A program made the translations under genes and the position numbers. DNA of 64,000 bases from Candidatus Aenigmatarchaeota archaeon (GTDB lineage Archaea > Aenigmatarchaeota > Aenigmatarchaeia > GW2011-AR5 > JAGGXF01), in contig JAGGVU010000006.1 of the NCBI GenBank assembly GCA_021157845.1, positions 4,070 through 68,069 on the forward strand, read 5' to 3'. Positions 13,823-23,922 of the stretch are shown here, one piece after another. Below the pieces are notes generated by a model. That model searched no databases and was not told the DNA's origin. It worked only from the letters and a program-made list of their open reading frames with translations. The first letter of the stretch is position 1; the number at the start of each line of letters is the position of its first letter.

Positions 13823-15207
13823 GCTGGAACACCTCCATAATCAGGGTCTGACCCATCAGGTATTCCATCATTGTCATGATCCGGGTCTGTTGGATATGAA
13901 TCTCCTCCAACACAGACACCACTTACCGTGTTTGGACCATCACATAGACCATCACCGTCTGTGTCCGGATTGTTTGGGTCTGTTCCTGCTGATATTTCAT
14001 CAGCATCTGACACGCCATCGCCATCTGAATCAGTTTGACCAAAAATCAGCCCCCAGACATACTTTAAGAATTTAGAAACACCCGTACTATCGTCTTCCTC
14101 ACAGATTGCAGGATAATTTACGTCAAAAACAGAAACGCAAGCCCATGGCTCATAGTCAACATAATCACTCACGGCATCTCCTCTCCCACCAGGATTTGTT
14201 GTTGCATGATAAGGTCCAGAAGAATCTCCCCAGTAATTGTTTTCTGCATTTACACTTGGACCTGTACTTGAAATACCTGCATTATCATTTTTTATTATAT
14301 TATTATAATTTGCAATAACAACACTTGTATCAGAAGCATCATATCCGACGGCAATTCCACTAGTACAGTCTGAAATAGTATTATTTATAATTGTAGCTGT
14401 TGTACCAGGACCATAGTAAGTAGTTACTAATATTCCAGCAGAAGTTGAACCATCAACACTTGCTACACCTTTACAATTTGTTATTGTATTATCTTCTACA
14501 GTTATATTTGCACCATTTCCAGCCTCAAATCCATAATCTAGAAAGTCACCGGTGCCTTTTCCTCTATATGTGCAATCTTTGATTAAAGTCTCTGCACTAG
14601 GGTTAAATGTGAAAACGCCAATTCTTTGTATATTATTAAATGTACAACCAATTACATCTAAATGTTGACCATAATTATTAATTCCACGACCATAGTACTG
14701 ATTAGCGTGTCTTATGTTTCTAAAATCACAGTTTTCGACACTGCCACCTGTACTGTTACCATGAAAATGAACTGCTGTACGAATATTTTTTCCTGTACCA
14801 TCAAATATTAAATTTTTTAAGGTAACACTTGCTCCAGTTATCTGGAACCATCCTCGACCATTTGCACCGATCGCATTGGCTAAGCCAGTATCTTCAGTTG
14901 GGTAGATTATTGGTTTATTTGAAGCATCTCCAACAATTGTTAAGTCTTTATTAATTATTGTAATTCCTTCAGTATATGTCCCGGCAGCAACATTAATTGT
15001 ATCTCCAGAAGTTGCAGCATCTATTGCCTGTTGTATTGAGCTGTATGTACAACCAGTTGGACAGACATTTAATGTAGCAGCAAAAACTGCAGAGCTTAAG
15101 CTACCGAGGAAAAGCGCAAATGAGAAAACCAGAACCATAAACTTGAATGAATTTTTAAACAGACCAAAAGCACCTCTGGTGCTTAGGCTAACAGAGTTAT
15201 TTTTCAT
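13819..15207 (-). CDS. Secreted right-handed beta-helix protein with C-terminal thrombospondin-type-3-like Ca-binding Asp-rich repeats; stop overlaps the giant gene start (ATGA).
   Basis: The ORF track gives 13819..15255; the likely true start is the ATG at 15207 (MKNNSVSL...), preceded by GGAGG 10 nt upstream. It has a signal peptide, parallel beta-helix-like repeats ([15 protein letters not shown]..., [13 protein letters not shown]) and C-terminal [12 protein letters not shown] / [10 protein letters not shown] / [12 protein letters not shown] motifs. Its TGA stop overlaps the ATG of the downstream giant gene. Confidence 0.7.
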   Translation of the reverse strand: MKNNSVSLSTRGAFGLFKNSFKFMVLVFSFALFLGSLSSAVFAATLNVCPTGCTYSSIQQAIDAATSGDTINVAAGTYTEGITIINKDLTIVGDASNKPIIYPTEDTGLANAIGANGRGWFQITGASVTLKNLIFDGTGKNIRTAVHFHGNSTGGSVENCDFRNIRHANQYYGRGINNYGQHLDVIGCTFNNIQRIGVFTFNPSAETLIKDCTYRGKGTGDFLDYGFEAGNGANITVEDNTITNCKGVASVDGSTSAGILVTTYYGPGTTATIINNTISDCTSGIAVGYDASDTSVVIANYNNIIKNDNAGISSTGPSVNAENNYWGDSSGPYHATTNPGGRGDAVSDYVDYEPWACVSVFDVNYPAICEEDDSTGVSKFLKYVWGLIFGQTDSDGDGVSDADEISAGTDPNNPDTDGDGLCDGPNTVSGVCVGGDSYPTDPDHDNDGIPDGSDPDYGGVPA

Positions 15208-15463
15208 AGTACACGACCTCCTAAAAAAAGTTAAACTAATTTTGACCACACCCATACCCTCATATTTGTGCCACTTAAAGAGGGTTAATATTTACTATTA
15301 TCTTATTATTGTAAAGGAATAAATCTTTATAAATGTATGTTTAAGTTGAAAGAAAAAAATATTTATTTAAAGATTTGCACTTGGTCTGTTTTTTTCCATA
15401 ATTTTTTACTAAATTTTATTTATCAATCTTTTTTTTCAAAACATACTTATTGAACATCAAGTT

Positions 15464-16238
15464 TTAATCATATTTATCCATCAAAACACTCAGTTTGACA
15501 TTAATTGTATGTGAAACATCATTAAGTGCCGATATTTTTTCCCTGTTCTTTGTCGGAAATTTGTTTAGTTCATATTTTAAATTATCATAGTTTCTCAGTA
15601 GAATCAAGCCCATTTCAAATACAAGTTGATCAACTGTTTGTCCTATTATTTTATATTTTTCTATTGAGGATTCATAGTCAGATCCCCACACAGATTCGGC
15701 AATTTGCAGTAATTTTTCATCTAATTCTTCTTCATCTTCTTCATATATGGAAAGATTAAAATCAACTTTTTTCAGTAATTCTAAATGTGCATCAAATAAA
15801 TAATTTGTGTCTATATCAAATTTCTTTAGAATCTGATCTATTTTATAATTGTCAATATCTGCCTCCACATAGTCAGATAGATGCTTTACAAATTGCCTTG
15901 TAAGCGGGTCTTTATCTTCTTTATTTATGAGACTTTTATCTACCATTTCATTCAGTTTATCAGAAAAATGATTGAGCATTTTTGTTGCATCTTCGTACGA
16001 TAGCCCAGCTTTTGTTTTTATTTCGTTTTCCATTTCTTTCGGAAGTTTTAAAGTGTTTGTAAAATATTTTTTTTTCTATAGTTTCAATTGCTTCGATGAG
16101 TATGTTATGCGGATTTTTATCTAAGATCAGATATTGCTTTGTATATATCAATTTTAACATTTCTTCAGGAGATAAATCATTTTCTCCCCTTTTTATTAAT
16201 TTTGCCGTATCTTCATAATATTCTGGTATTTTGCTCAT
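15464..16238 (-). CDS. Hypothetical acidic alpha-helical protein of about 255 aa, read as two overlapping frames (92 aa and 189 aa) joined by an apparent frameshift in an A9 homopolymer near 16065-16073.
   Basis: ORFs 15960..16238 and 15464..16033 overlap on the same strand. On the coding strand the 16065-16073 run reads (A)9; with a 1-nt length change both frames fuse into ...IEAIETIEKK(K)YFTNTLKLPKEMENEIKTKAG.... An AGGTGAT RBS lies upstream of the ATG at 16238. Confidence 0.5.
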
Positions 16239-16257
16239 TCAATCACCTTATTTTTTT

Positions 16258-16500
16258 TCACATATCAAAATATTCTGCTATAGCTTCAACAGTATCTGGC
16301 AGTCCGGATATATATAAGATTTCTTCGTTGGCCTCTATTATTCTTTCGAGGTCTGCAAATGCTTTCATATAATTGCCGTTTTTGATATTTTCATCTTTTC
16401 TCTTCATATATATTTTAATCAAATCTCTGTATAAGGAAATAAGTTCATCTTTTTTGGATCTTGCCCAAGTTTCAAAAAAATTATTTACTAAATCAGCCAT
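16258..16500 (-). CDS. Hypothetical small acidic protein (80 aa)
   Basis: ORF whose ATG immediately follows the TGA stop of the upstream 227-aa gene (TGAATG). Same operon. Confidence 0.5.
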   Translation of the reverse strand: MADLVNNFFETWARSKKDELISLYRDLIKIYMKRKDENIKNGNYMKAFADLERIIEANEEILYISGLPDTVEAIAEYFDM

Positions 16501-17184
16501 TCAATCGCCTTTCTCATTTTTGAATAAATTGTTCCAATTAATCATTTCTTTGACATCATCAGGCAAATCCTTAATTCGTCTTCTCATAATTTCGTCTCTC
16601 TCTGGCCTCATTTCTTCTTTTCCAGAAAAAAACCATAAGAAGTGGTCAGGGCTTTTCCACGGCACGGAAAAATCAAAATAAGGAGAATCTTCTATTTTTT
16701 TCCTGCGTTCTATTATGTCATACAAAAAGCGTCCATCAATAATTTTATCATTAAAAGCAACTACATGAGGCGGTTTTTCAATATCAACAGGTTTGTAGGA
16801 ACAACCTGACATAATGTCAAACAGTTCGTCGTATATTTTATTTTTATTAAAAAGAAGTCCAAGCCGGCCTCTTATTGGAGAAAGTTTTATCTCTCCATAC
16901 ACATACATAGCATTAAGAAAGAGCTTATTTTCAAGCTCACTAAAATAGCTGTCTCCGAAAAGCAAAAGTTTGCTGTCTGTGAAAAATGCTAATTCTTCTT
17001 CTCTGTCACCATAGTTAGCCACCTCAGAATAAACCTGCCTAAATCCTTTGTCGCGCAGATATTGTTTGCACTCTTCCCAAGTTCTTTCAGGAAAATATAT
17101 TTTATAATAATCTTTGTATACTTGCTGATAATCTGCGTCGTGATAATCTATCCGTCCTTTTGAAATTTCAGACATAATATTCAC
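16501..17184 (-). CDS. Hypothetical protein (227 aa), first gene of a four-ORF operon of unknowns
   Basis: Long ORF in good codon-usage context. I recognise no domain in it. Confidence 0.55.
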   Translation of the reverse strand: MNIMSEISKGRIDYHDADYQQVYKDYYKIYFPERTWEECKQYLRDKGFRQVYSEVANYGDREEELAFFTDSKLLLFGDSYFSELENKLFLNAMYVYGEIKLSPIRGRLGLLFNKNKIYDELFDIMSGCSYKPVDIEKPPHVVAFNDKIIDGRFLYDIIERRKKIEDSPYFDFSVPWKSPDHFLWFFSGKEEMRPERDEIMRRRIKDLPDDVKEMINWNNLFKNEKGD

Positions 17185-17261
17185 TATATCTTTTTTACTA
17201 CGAAAAAGTATTTAAGAATACCTGAAGCAAAAGATAAAAGAATTGTTTCTATTTATTTAGC

Positions 17262-17666
17262 ATGAAAGAAAGGCCAAAAGTAGGTGTCGGCGTAATAATT
17301 ATAAAAGACGATAAAGTACTTTTAGGCATTAGGAAAAATGCACACGGACAAGGAGAATGGTGCTTTCCTGGCGGGCATCTGGAAATGGGTGAAACGCCGG
17401 AACAATGTGCTGTAAGGGAAACCAGGGAAGAAACCGGGCTTGAAATAAAAAACCTGAGAAGAGGCCCGTATACAAATGATATCTTTAGCAAAGAAAATCA
17501 TTTTATAACCTTATTCATAATTGCTGACTATGATTCTGGTGTTCCAGATGTGAAAGAGCCTGACAAGTGCGAAAAGTGGGAGTGGTTTAGCTGGAACGAA
17601 CTGCCAGAGCCGCTTTTTCTGCCTATAAAAAATCTGTTAAAAAATGGATATAATCCATTTAAATAA
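17262..17666 (+). CDS. NUDIX hydrolase
   Basis: Nudix box GGHLEMGETPEQCAVRETREETGLE. Confidence 0.85.
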   Translation: MKERPKVGVGVIIIKDDKVLLGIRKNAHGQGEWCFPGGHLEMGETPEQCAVRETREETGLEIKNLRRGPYTNDIFSKENHFITLFIIADYDSGVPDVKEPDKCEKWEWFSWNELPEPLFLPIKNLLKNGYNPFK

Positions 17667-17762
17667 TTTCTAGCAAACTCTTCTGCAAAAACTTATCCCA
17701 GCTGCTGTCATTGACCCAATAAGTTTTAAACATTTGCTGTATTGATTATATTCTATTAAAAT

Positions 17763-19133
17763 TTGTTGAGTGATGTAATGAAACGAATGACAATAGGTGT
17801 TAAGAACCTTTTGGGAGACCCGAAAAAGGCAATTCTTAAAATGTCATTCCCTATGATGATTGGCATGCTTTCCCAATCACTTTATAATCTAGTTGATGGA
17901 ATATGGGTTGCCGGGCTTGGCGCTGATTCGCTTGCTGCTGTTGGATTGTTTTTTCCATTTTTCTGGATTGTAATGGCTTTAGGATCTGGTATAGGAATAG
18001 GAGGAAGCTCAGCAATTTCAAGGAGAATTGGTGAAAAAAATAAAAAAGATGCAAGCAATATCGCTATTCATACACTTCTTATTGGTATAATGATAGCACT
18101 TGCTATCAGCTTACCTATTTTTCCCTTTTTATCAAAAATTTTCAGTTCTATGGTAAGAAATAAAAATGTTGCTCTGATGGCCACAAATTATGCGAAAATC
18201 TTAGTTGGTGGTGCAGTCATATTAATTTTTTCAAATATAGGTGGTGCGATTCTCAGAGGAGAAGGAGATGCCAGAAGGGCCATGTATGCCATGCTTCTTG
18301 GTTCTGGACTTAACATAATTTTAGACCCGCTGTTCATTTATACATTCAAAATGGGAATTGTCGGAGCTGCCTGGGCAACATTAACTTCTATTGTAGTCAC
18401 AAGTTTTTTGTTCATTTACTGGCTATTTTTGAAATCAGATACTTATCTTGATATGCGATGGCGATACTTTAGCCCAAGCAAAAAAATCATCAAAGAAATA
18501 TTACAGGTCGGAATACCCTCTGCCCTGGCACAGCTTTCAATGTCTTTGGCTATGATTGGGTTGAATATGATTGTTATCGCAGCAGGTGGGACAGATGGCA
18601 TCGCCATTTTAACAAGTGGTTGGAGAATTATAATGTTTGGAACAATTCCACTCATGGGGATGGCCATGGGGGTTGTTGCTGTTACTGGTGCTTCTTTTGG
18701 TGCTAAAAATAAAGAAAAGCTTAAGACAGCTTATTTATACGCTGTAAAAATTGGTGTAATAATAGAGCTTGCTGTAGCAGCTTTGATTATTGTGCTTGCA
18801 CCCCAAATCGCCCGCCTCTTCACTTATTCAAAAGGAGCAACCCACCTTACGCTCGGTCTGATTAACTTTCTAAGAATAAGTGCAATTATGTGTCCTATGA
18901 TTCCTTTGGCCATGTTAACATCAGCCATGTTTAGAGGTGTGAACAGAGGAATGAGCTCATTTGTAGTAACTATTTTAAGAATATTTATTTTTCAGCTTCC
19001 TTTCGCGTACATTTTAGGAATAAAATTAGGGTTTGGGTTGACTGGCGTTTGGACTGGCATGGTTGTTGCAAATCTTTTCGCTGGCTCTATATCCTTTTTA
19101 TGGGGCAGAAGAACCGTAAATAAAATTTTATGA
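17763..19133 (+). CDS. MATE-family efflux/flippase membrane protein
   Basis: Twelve predicted TM helices and a MATE-like duplicated architecture; the true start may be a few codons downstream. Confidence 0.75.
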   Translation: MLSDVMKRMTIGVKNLLGDPKKAILKMSFPMMIGMLSQSLYNLVDGIWVAGLGADSLAAVGLFFPFFWIVMALGSGIGIGGSSAISRRIGEKNKKDASNIAIHTLLIGIMIALAISLPIFPFLSKIFSSMVRNKNVALMATNYAKILVGGAVILIFSNIGGAILRGEGDARRAMYAMLLGSGLNIILDPLFIYTFKMGIVGAAWATLTSIVVTSFLFIYWLFLKSDTYLDMRWRYFSPSKKIIKEILQVGIPSALAQLSMSLAMIGLNMIVIAAGGTDGIAILTSGWRIIMFGTIPLMGMAMGVVAVTGASFGAKNKEKLKTAYLYAVKIGVIIELAVAALIIVLAPQIARLFTYSKGATHLTLGLINFLRISAIMCPMIPLAMLTSAMFRGVNRGMSSFVVTILRIFIFQLPFAYILGIKLGFGLTGVWTGMVVANLFAGSISFLWGRRTVNKIL

Positions 19134-19464
19134 TTAGTGAGCTACGGTAAAACCTGCACAGGTAAGCTCACTGGCACGATTTCAACTATACTTGATATTT
19201 TGACAACGCATATAAAATATGTATTTTATATGCTTTGATATACAAATAGCCGAAGGCTATTTGAATACGTTGCATAGAGTTTTGGCTAAAAAGATATCTT
19301 TTGTAAATAGACGTTAAAAAACAAACATAAACGCATCATGTTTCTTTAAATTTTTATTTAAAAAATAAAAAAAACCTTTAAAAAAGTTTCATAAAAATAA
19401 AGTTATATTGTTTTTTTATTTATATTTAAAATACAAGAGCATAATAATACTGGAGCAAAGAAAA
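19134..19464. promoter_or_regulatory. Palindrome-rich intergenic region upstream of secY (hairpins GTGAGCT..AAGCTCAC, CATATAAAATA|TATTTTATATG, CAAATAGCC-GAA-GGCTATTTG)
   Basis: Three separate near-perfect inverted repeats within 330 bp; AT-rich, with TATA-like elements near 19380-19440. Confidence 0.4.
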
Positions 19465-20997
19465 ATGACCGGCCTATATAATAAAATTATAAATTCACTG
19501 CCAGGAGTTGCCAGCCCGGCAAAGAGGTTAACATTCAAGCAAAGGCTCATGTGGACAGGCGGCATACTCTTAATATTCTTTATACTCGGACAGGTTCAGC
19601 TGTATGGCGTTGATATAAATGCTGTTGCCAATTTTGGTGTTCTTCAGCAAATTATGGCATCCACAATGGGTTCGCTAATCACATTAGGTATTGGGCCTAT
19701 AGTTACAGCTTCTATTATATTACAGCTCTTGGTTGGTTCTGGAATGATACCATGGAATTTACAAACTGCTGAGGGAAGGGCAACATTTCAGGGAACACAG
19801 AAACTATTAGCAATACTCTTCTGTATATTTGAGGCATTTGCATATGTTAAGTTCAGGGCAATACCACCAGCAAACGATTCGTTATCAATGTTTATAATTC
19901 TAGTTGCACAAATAGCATTCGGTGGATTTTTAATACTTTTAATGGATGAAACTGTCTCAAAATGGGGAATAGGCTCAGGAATATCTTTATTCATAGCAGG
20001 TGGCGTAACCAGAAGAATATTTGTAAGGTCTTTCAGCCCATTTGCAGCAGAAGCTGGTGGATACGCAGCTGGGGTTGTGCCAAGATTTTTCATGTTTTTG
20101 CGTGATGGGTTAACACATCAGGCAATTTATACAATACTGCCGCTTATCGCAACTGCCCTAGTTTTTGGCATAGTAGTTTATGCACAAAACATAAAGGTTG
20201 AAATACCATTGGCATTTGGCTCGTTTACAGGTCTTGGAAGAAGGTGGCCACTAAAATTCATATATACAAGCAATATACCAGTTATACTTACCGCAGCTTT
20301 GTTGGCAAATTTACGACTCGTGGGCGGGATGATAGCAAAGCCAGCAGCAGAAGGGTTAAGATGCGGAATAATGGGTTGTTTTAATGAAAATAATGCACCT
20401 GTTTCCGGATTATTATTCTACTTAAGTTCTCCTGGAAATACACCAAGCATACAGGTGTTTTTCTTGACATTCGGGATTATATTCTTCTTAGGATTGCTTG
20501 CAGCCGTTCTTATTTTTAAACAAAGGCAAAAAACAATTATTTTAGCTTCTGCCATAGCTGGAATAATTCTGGCATTTATCAGTATGTATTATTTTGCAGG
20601 CATGCCAGACATCAGGTCGATTATAAGAATACTAACTTATCTAACCTTCATGATGGCAGGTGCAAGCTTGTTCTCGTTATTCTGGATGGAAACAAGTGGC
20701 ATGGATGCGCATTCAGTTGCTACGCAAATTCAGGGTATAGGCATGCAGATACCCGGGTTCAGAAGAGACCCAAGAATTGTTGAAAAGGTTTTGAGCAGAT
20801 ATATTTTACCTCTAACAATCATGGGTGCCTTATTTGTGGGAGCAATAGCAGCATTTGCTGATTTCACAAATGCACTTGGCTCAGGAACAGGTATTTTGCT
20901 AACAGCTATGATTATATTTAACTTCTATGAGCAGGTAAGTGCAAAATATATGGAAGACATGAATCCTGCACTAAGAAAGTTTTTAGGAAGCTCTTAG
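19465..20997 (+). CDS. secY: Preprotein translocase subunit SecY
   Basis: Ten-TM protein with the SecY TM2 signature (ITASIILQLLVGSGMI) and the loop LYGV. The ORF track starts at 19408, but the ATG at 19465 has GGAG upstream. Confidence 0.8.
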   Translation: MTGLYNKIINSLPGVASPAKRLTFKQRLMWTGGILLIFFILGQVQLYGVDINAVANFGVLQQIMASTMGSLITLGIGPIVTASIILQLLVGSGMIPWNLQTAEGRATFQGTQKLLAILFCIFEAFAYVKFRAIPPANDSLSMFIILVAQIAFGGFLILLMDETVSKWGIGSGISLFIAGGVTRRIFVRSFSPFAAEAGGYAAGVVPRFFMFLRDGLTHQAIYTILPLIATALVFGIVVYAQNIKVEIPLAFGSFTGLGRRWPLKFIYTSNIPVILTAALLANLRLVGGMIAKPAAEGLRCGIMGCFNENNAPVSGLLFYLSSPGNTPSIQVFFLTFGIIFFLGLLAAVLIFKQRQKTIILASAIAGIILAFISMYYFAGMPDIRSIIRILTYLTFMMAGASLFSLFWMETSGMDAHSVATQIQGIGMQIPGFRRDPRIVEKVLSRYILPLTIMGALFVGAIAAFADFTNALGSGTGILLTAMIIFNFYEQVSAKYMEDMNPALRKFLGSS

Positions 20998-21560
20998 AAA
21001 TCTTCTTCTAATCCCCATTTTCTTAGTTCTCTTTTGGTCATTTTTTCTCTAGGTTTATCCGGTTTAACAACTTTATCAATAGTTTTTTCTACTTCTTTCT
21101 CGTCAACAACCTTTTGGCTGACAATTTCTTCTTTAGGCGATTCTTTGGTAATGGCAAGCCTTTTCTGCATCTCATCCAACTGTTGTTCTGTTTGGTTTAT
21201 CTTTGGATATCCTATAACAACCTTATCTCCCTTGTATCGTGGAATTACATGGATATGAATATGTTTTACTAATTGGCCAGCTGTTTGCTCATTGTTCTGA
21301 AGAATATTTACACCATCACATCCTAACTTCTCTTTTAAACGCGATGATATCAGTTTTGCAGCAACTATCATTTCCCCCAAAATATTGTTATCTGCATCAT
21401 AAATTGTTTCAATATGCTTTTTTGGTACAACCAAACAATGCCCGGGATTTGCAGGATTTATATCAAGAATCACTACTAACGACTCTGTTTCATATATTTT
21501 TTTGCTTGGCATTTCACCATTTGCTATCTTGCAAAATATGCAGGCATTTTCATCATACAT
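20994..21560 (-). CDS. HIT-family (histidine triad) hydrolase with a Lys/Glu-rich C-terminal tail
   Basis: HIHIHVIPR histidine-triad motif. Confidence 0.8.
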   Translation of the reverse strand: MYDENACIFCKIANGEMPSKKIYETESLVVILDINPANPGHCLVVPKKHIETIYDADNNILGEMIVAAKLISSRLKEKLGCDGVNILQNNEQTAGQLVKHIHIHVIPRYKGDKVVIGYPKINQTEQQLDEMQKRLAITKESPKEEIVSQKVVDEKEVEKTIDKVVKPDKPREKMTKRELRKWGLEEDF

Positions 21561-21605
21561 CTAATTCACCACTTAAAATGACCATTTAAAAATATAAAAA
21601 TGTAA

Positions 21606-22517
21606 TTATTCGAACAAATCATTCACAGATGAACGCAATTCTCTTAAAAAGTTGGAAAATTTTGATATGGGTTTTTCTTTTGATTTTTCACTTTCATAAA
21701 CAAATTCCAGCAGCTCGCGGTAAATATCTAGTTTTGTATATGGAACAAAAGTCTCTATATTCGGGCAGAGGTCAATACCTATTATTTTTCTCGGTTTTTC
21801 CACTATATTGACAGAGGCAATAGATGTTTTCATCGCCTCTGCTGAGTCTATTGCAAGTTTTTTTACATCAGATGGGGCAGTTGTTCTATAAATTTTTCCA
21901 TTCCCAAAAAACATATCCCGCTTTTCTTCCGGCTTGCGCTTAATAGCTGAAATAATCCTATTTTCCACAACAAGCAATTGATAATAATCCGAATCAAAAT
22001 AATCTTCTATGTAAATGGGCGTATCAAAAGTTTTTAATGTGTCAAGCATGGCTCTGGCCTCTTTTTCTGAATTAGCAAACATTATGCCCCGCTCCTCAGA
22101 AGAAGCGCGCATGGTAATGGGAAAAGACAATCCGCTCTTTATAATTTCAGACGCTGATTTTGCTGAATCTACCATATACAGATCAGGTGTTGGAAGCCCT
22201 TCTTTTCTCAATAAGTGCATCTGTAAAAATCTGTCAGACCAGAAAAGAAATGATTGCGGTTTTATTGGGCTGTATAGAGGCAAGGACTTTAATAAAAAAT
22301 ATGCAAACAATGACCTCTTTTTAGGAATTCTTGGAAGAATAATATCAAATCTTGACAAATTACGCCCTCTATATGTTATAACCAGTTTCTTTTCCTCCTT
22401 AAGGCATATTCTCGAATAAGGCACATATAAAACAGCGTCAAAGAGGCGTTTGGCGTGATTAACCAGCTTTATATTTGATTTTGTTTTTCTTTCATCACCA
22501 ACAATGCATAAGCGCAT
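21606..22517 (-). CDS. RimK-like ATP-grasp paralog lacking the Gly-rich ATP loop (possible pseudo-enzyme)
   Basis: Collinear similarity to the 294-aa RimK at 23923..24807 (LYVPYSRICLKE / DIILPRIP / LPTPDLYMV), but GGRGV is replaced by SSEERGIMF. Confidence 0.5.
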   Translation of the reverse strand: MRLCIVGDERKTKSNIKLVNHAKRLFDAVLYVPYSRICLKEEKKLVITYRGRNLSRFDIILPRIPKKRSLFAYFLLKSLPLYSPIKPQSFLFWSDRFLQMHLLRKEGLPTPDLYMVDSAKSASEIIKSGLSFPITMRASSEERGIMFANSEKEARAMLDTLKTFDTPIYIEDYFDSDYYQLLVVENRIISAIKRKPEEKRDMFFGNGKIYRTTAPSDVKKLAIDSAEAMKTSIASVNIVEKPRKIIGIDLCPNIETFVPYTKLDIYRELLEFVYESEKSKEKPISKFSNFLRELRSSVNDLFE

Positions 22518-22632
22518 TTTTTCACCCCACCTGACTGCTAAGACAGTTATATGTAATGGAGCATATTCTTAAAGATTATTATTGCAACTAAATAGAAAAA
22601 AATTATTTATATATACGGATTAATATCTGATT

Positions 22633-23181
22633 ATGGATGATTTTCAGTTTGAAAAAGAAATGTTAAGTTTTGGTAATGAAAAAGAGATTTTAGCTAAGTT
22701 AATTGCCCTTATTAAAAACCCTCCTCATTTTTTTGAAGTAAATAAAGATAATGAAAAACAAGTGATGGATGTTGGTACTTTCATTGTAAGGTTAATCGTT
22801 ATAACAAATTTCATTTTATTTTTAAAACAAGGAAATATAATATTAACCTCTTTTTTGTTGGTTTTCATATTTGCTAGATTTTTTACCTTGGTTATAATAG
22901 GAATAAATGCGACTTTGCTAAACTTTTTTGTTAAGCTATTTTGCAAAAAGGATGATATACATGCAGCTGACAGGGTTGCTGCCTATACCCTGATTACAGG
23001 AATAATCCCTGATATTTGGTATCTCAGAATAGTTGGTCTATTAATGGCAATCTCACTTGAAATAATAGGCATATCTAAACAATACAAAATTTCTATTGAG
23101 AAATCTTTTTTAGCTGTTATGGGACCTTTAATAATTCTTGCCACTTTTGGTGCGGTGCTTTTCACCATAGTTAGTATCTGA
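22633..23181 (+). CDS. Hypothetical integral membrane protein (182 aa)
   Basis: ORF with several hydrophobic helices. Confidence 0.5.
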   Translation: MDDFQFEKEMLSFGNEKEILAKLIALIKNPPHFFEVNKDNEKQVMDVGTFIVRLIVITNFILFLKQGNIILTSFLLVFIFARFFTLVIIGINATLLNFFVKLFCKKDDIHAADRVAAYTLITGIIPDIWYLRIVGLLMAISLEIIGISKQYKISIEKSFLAVMGPLIILATFGAVLFTIVSI

Positions 23182-23250
23182 ATTGCTAACTATTCTAGCC
23201 TTAAAATTTATTTTAAGATTACATTTTTCTGGCATTTGTTCTAACCATTC

Positions 23251-23868
23251 TTATGGAGAGTCGTGCCTTTGGTGTATTATTGGCTTATCCGGCAAGAATG
23301 ATATATTTTCACGGCTTGAGAAATAATCTGCCTCTTGCACAGCTTTTTCTATCCTGCTGGGATATGATGCTCTCTGGAATTCTCGTAAATTATCCTGTAT
23401 ATCTTCTTTTGAATATGAGTCTTTTTCCTGTGGAGAAACTACGTAACACCATGGAAACATATGGTACCGAACAGCATTTTTTATCATTTCTTTTTCTGTC
23501 CTGTTATTCAGCTTAAATTGGTCAAGCCAGTTATAAGCCAAAAAGCCATGTATATAACTAGTTCTTTCTCCCCATTCTATACCATTCTTACATGTATCAT
23601 GCAATAAAATGGAAGATATTAACATATCCAGCTCCTTTTGTGAAAACAGGGCTCTCCGTGCATAATCTTGGCCAACTACAACTGCCTTTTTTACATGATT
23701 GACAAGCCCACCCTTTACATTATCCTCTGGTGGATGATAGTTGCCAGAAGAACTAGAAGGTGCTGTCCAAAATTTTTCATCAACATTGTCCAAAGCCTCT
23801 TTGGTAAATCTCCGGATAGCGCTAGACTGAATCAGATTTAATTCCTTTTCAAACTGCTCGATACCCAT
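23251..23868 (-). CDS. HD-domain phosphohydrolase
   Basis: H...HD motif (NYHPPED...LVNHV...ILLHDTCK). Confidence 0.65.
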   Translation of the reverse strand: MGIEQFEKELNLIQSSAIRRFTKEALDNVDEKFWTAPSSSSGNYHPPEDNVKGGLVNHVKKAVVVGQDYARRALFSQKELDMLISSILLHDTCKNGIEWGERTSYIHGFLAYNWLDQFKLNNRTEKEMIKNAVRYHMFPWCYVVSPQEKDSYSKEDIQDNLREFQRASYPSRIEKAVQEADYFSSRENISFLPDKPIIHQRHDSP

Positions 23869-23922
23869 AATTCATCATCACCCTTATTTAAATAAATAAT
23901 AACTATATAGAAGTAAAATTAC

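Noticed and set aside
1-15255. Diversity-generating retroelement targeting the surface proteins
   Set aside because: There is no reverse transcriptase gene and no template/variable repeat pair with adenine-specific mismatches in the window.
15960-16238. Treating 15960..16238 and 15464..16033 as two independent overlapping genes
   Set aside because: The 74-nt same-strand overlap coincides with an A9 run, and the frames fuse seamlessly with a 1-nt indel. A single interrupted gene is the more parsimonious reading.
19408-19464. N-terminal 19-aa extension of SecY (MFFYLYLKYKSIIILEQRK)
   Set aside because: The internal ATG at 19465 has a GGAG RBS and yields a typical SecY N-terminus. The extension lies in an AT-rich promoter-like region.
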